Positions 63,731 through 64,000 of a stretch of 64,000 nt of DNA are shown in pieces; the first letter of the stretch is position 1; each line of letters opens with the position of its first letter. Origin of the DNA: Aplysia californica (taxonomy: Eukaryota); assembly GCF_000002075.1 (NCBI RefSeq), contig NW_004797412.1:783389-847388 (forward strand), written 5' to 3'. The notes under the pieces are model-generated. The model saw only the letters and a list, made by a program, of their open reading frames with translations, did not search any database and was not told the DNA's origin. The position numbers and the translations under genes were made by a program.

Positions 63731-64000
63731 GTACGTAGAAGATGTCCATTTGTTGCAGACCTTTGTTTTGAACCTGTAGATTCTTGACCAACTTCTGGGA
63801 GTAGTCTGTCCCAGTGGGTTGTTGGCGGGTGCTCTGATGTGGTTTGCTTCTTCTTTCCTATCAAACATCTGTCGTCCTTTTCTCCCCTCCTTCTTTTTTA
63901 TTTTTGTTACTGTCTTGTAACACCTCTATTCTTCTGGCGCTCATATGACCTTATGCAGTTGCGAGCGCCGTAAAACGTCTACTAAAACATAAAACAAGTT

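Overview
AT-rich, intron- and repeat-rich animal genomic DNA. An invertebrate, probably a mollusc or other lophotrochozoan, is my inference from the protein divergence and repeat types. There are three assembly gaps (1689-1817, 19509-19741, 55651-56095). I assembled spliced gene models by hand, and all keep frame across GT-AG junctions. In order: the 5' end of an unidentified minus-strand gene, a SETMAR-type SET methyltransferase without transposase (+, 2 exons), SUMF1/formylglycine-generating enzyme (-, 8 exons, ending in KDEL), NUDT16-like Nudix hydrolase (+, 3 coding exons), ALG10 (-, 3 exons) and a BRAF-like Raf kinase (+, 15 exons, running off the window, with a U12-type intron). Orientation strictly alternates, giving three head-to-head pairs. 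Repeats include tRNA-headed SINEs, RTE and Rex-like LINE fragments, a Tc1 relic and several MITE families. The most notable patterns are: (i) three retroposon families share one 3' stem-loop tail with compensatory stem changes, and every intronic copy of the two headless families is co-oriented with its host gene, mostly next to exons; (ii) a near-identical ~490-bp element with 9-bp target-site duplications sits near two different gene 5' ends; (iii) the SETMAR-SUMF1 convergent pair mirrors the human arrangement; (iv) the Raf Ras-binding domain has lost the conserved QR pair. No database searches were run, so family names are from recognition only. Repeat boundaries are approximate.
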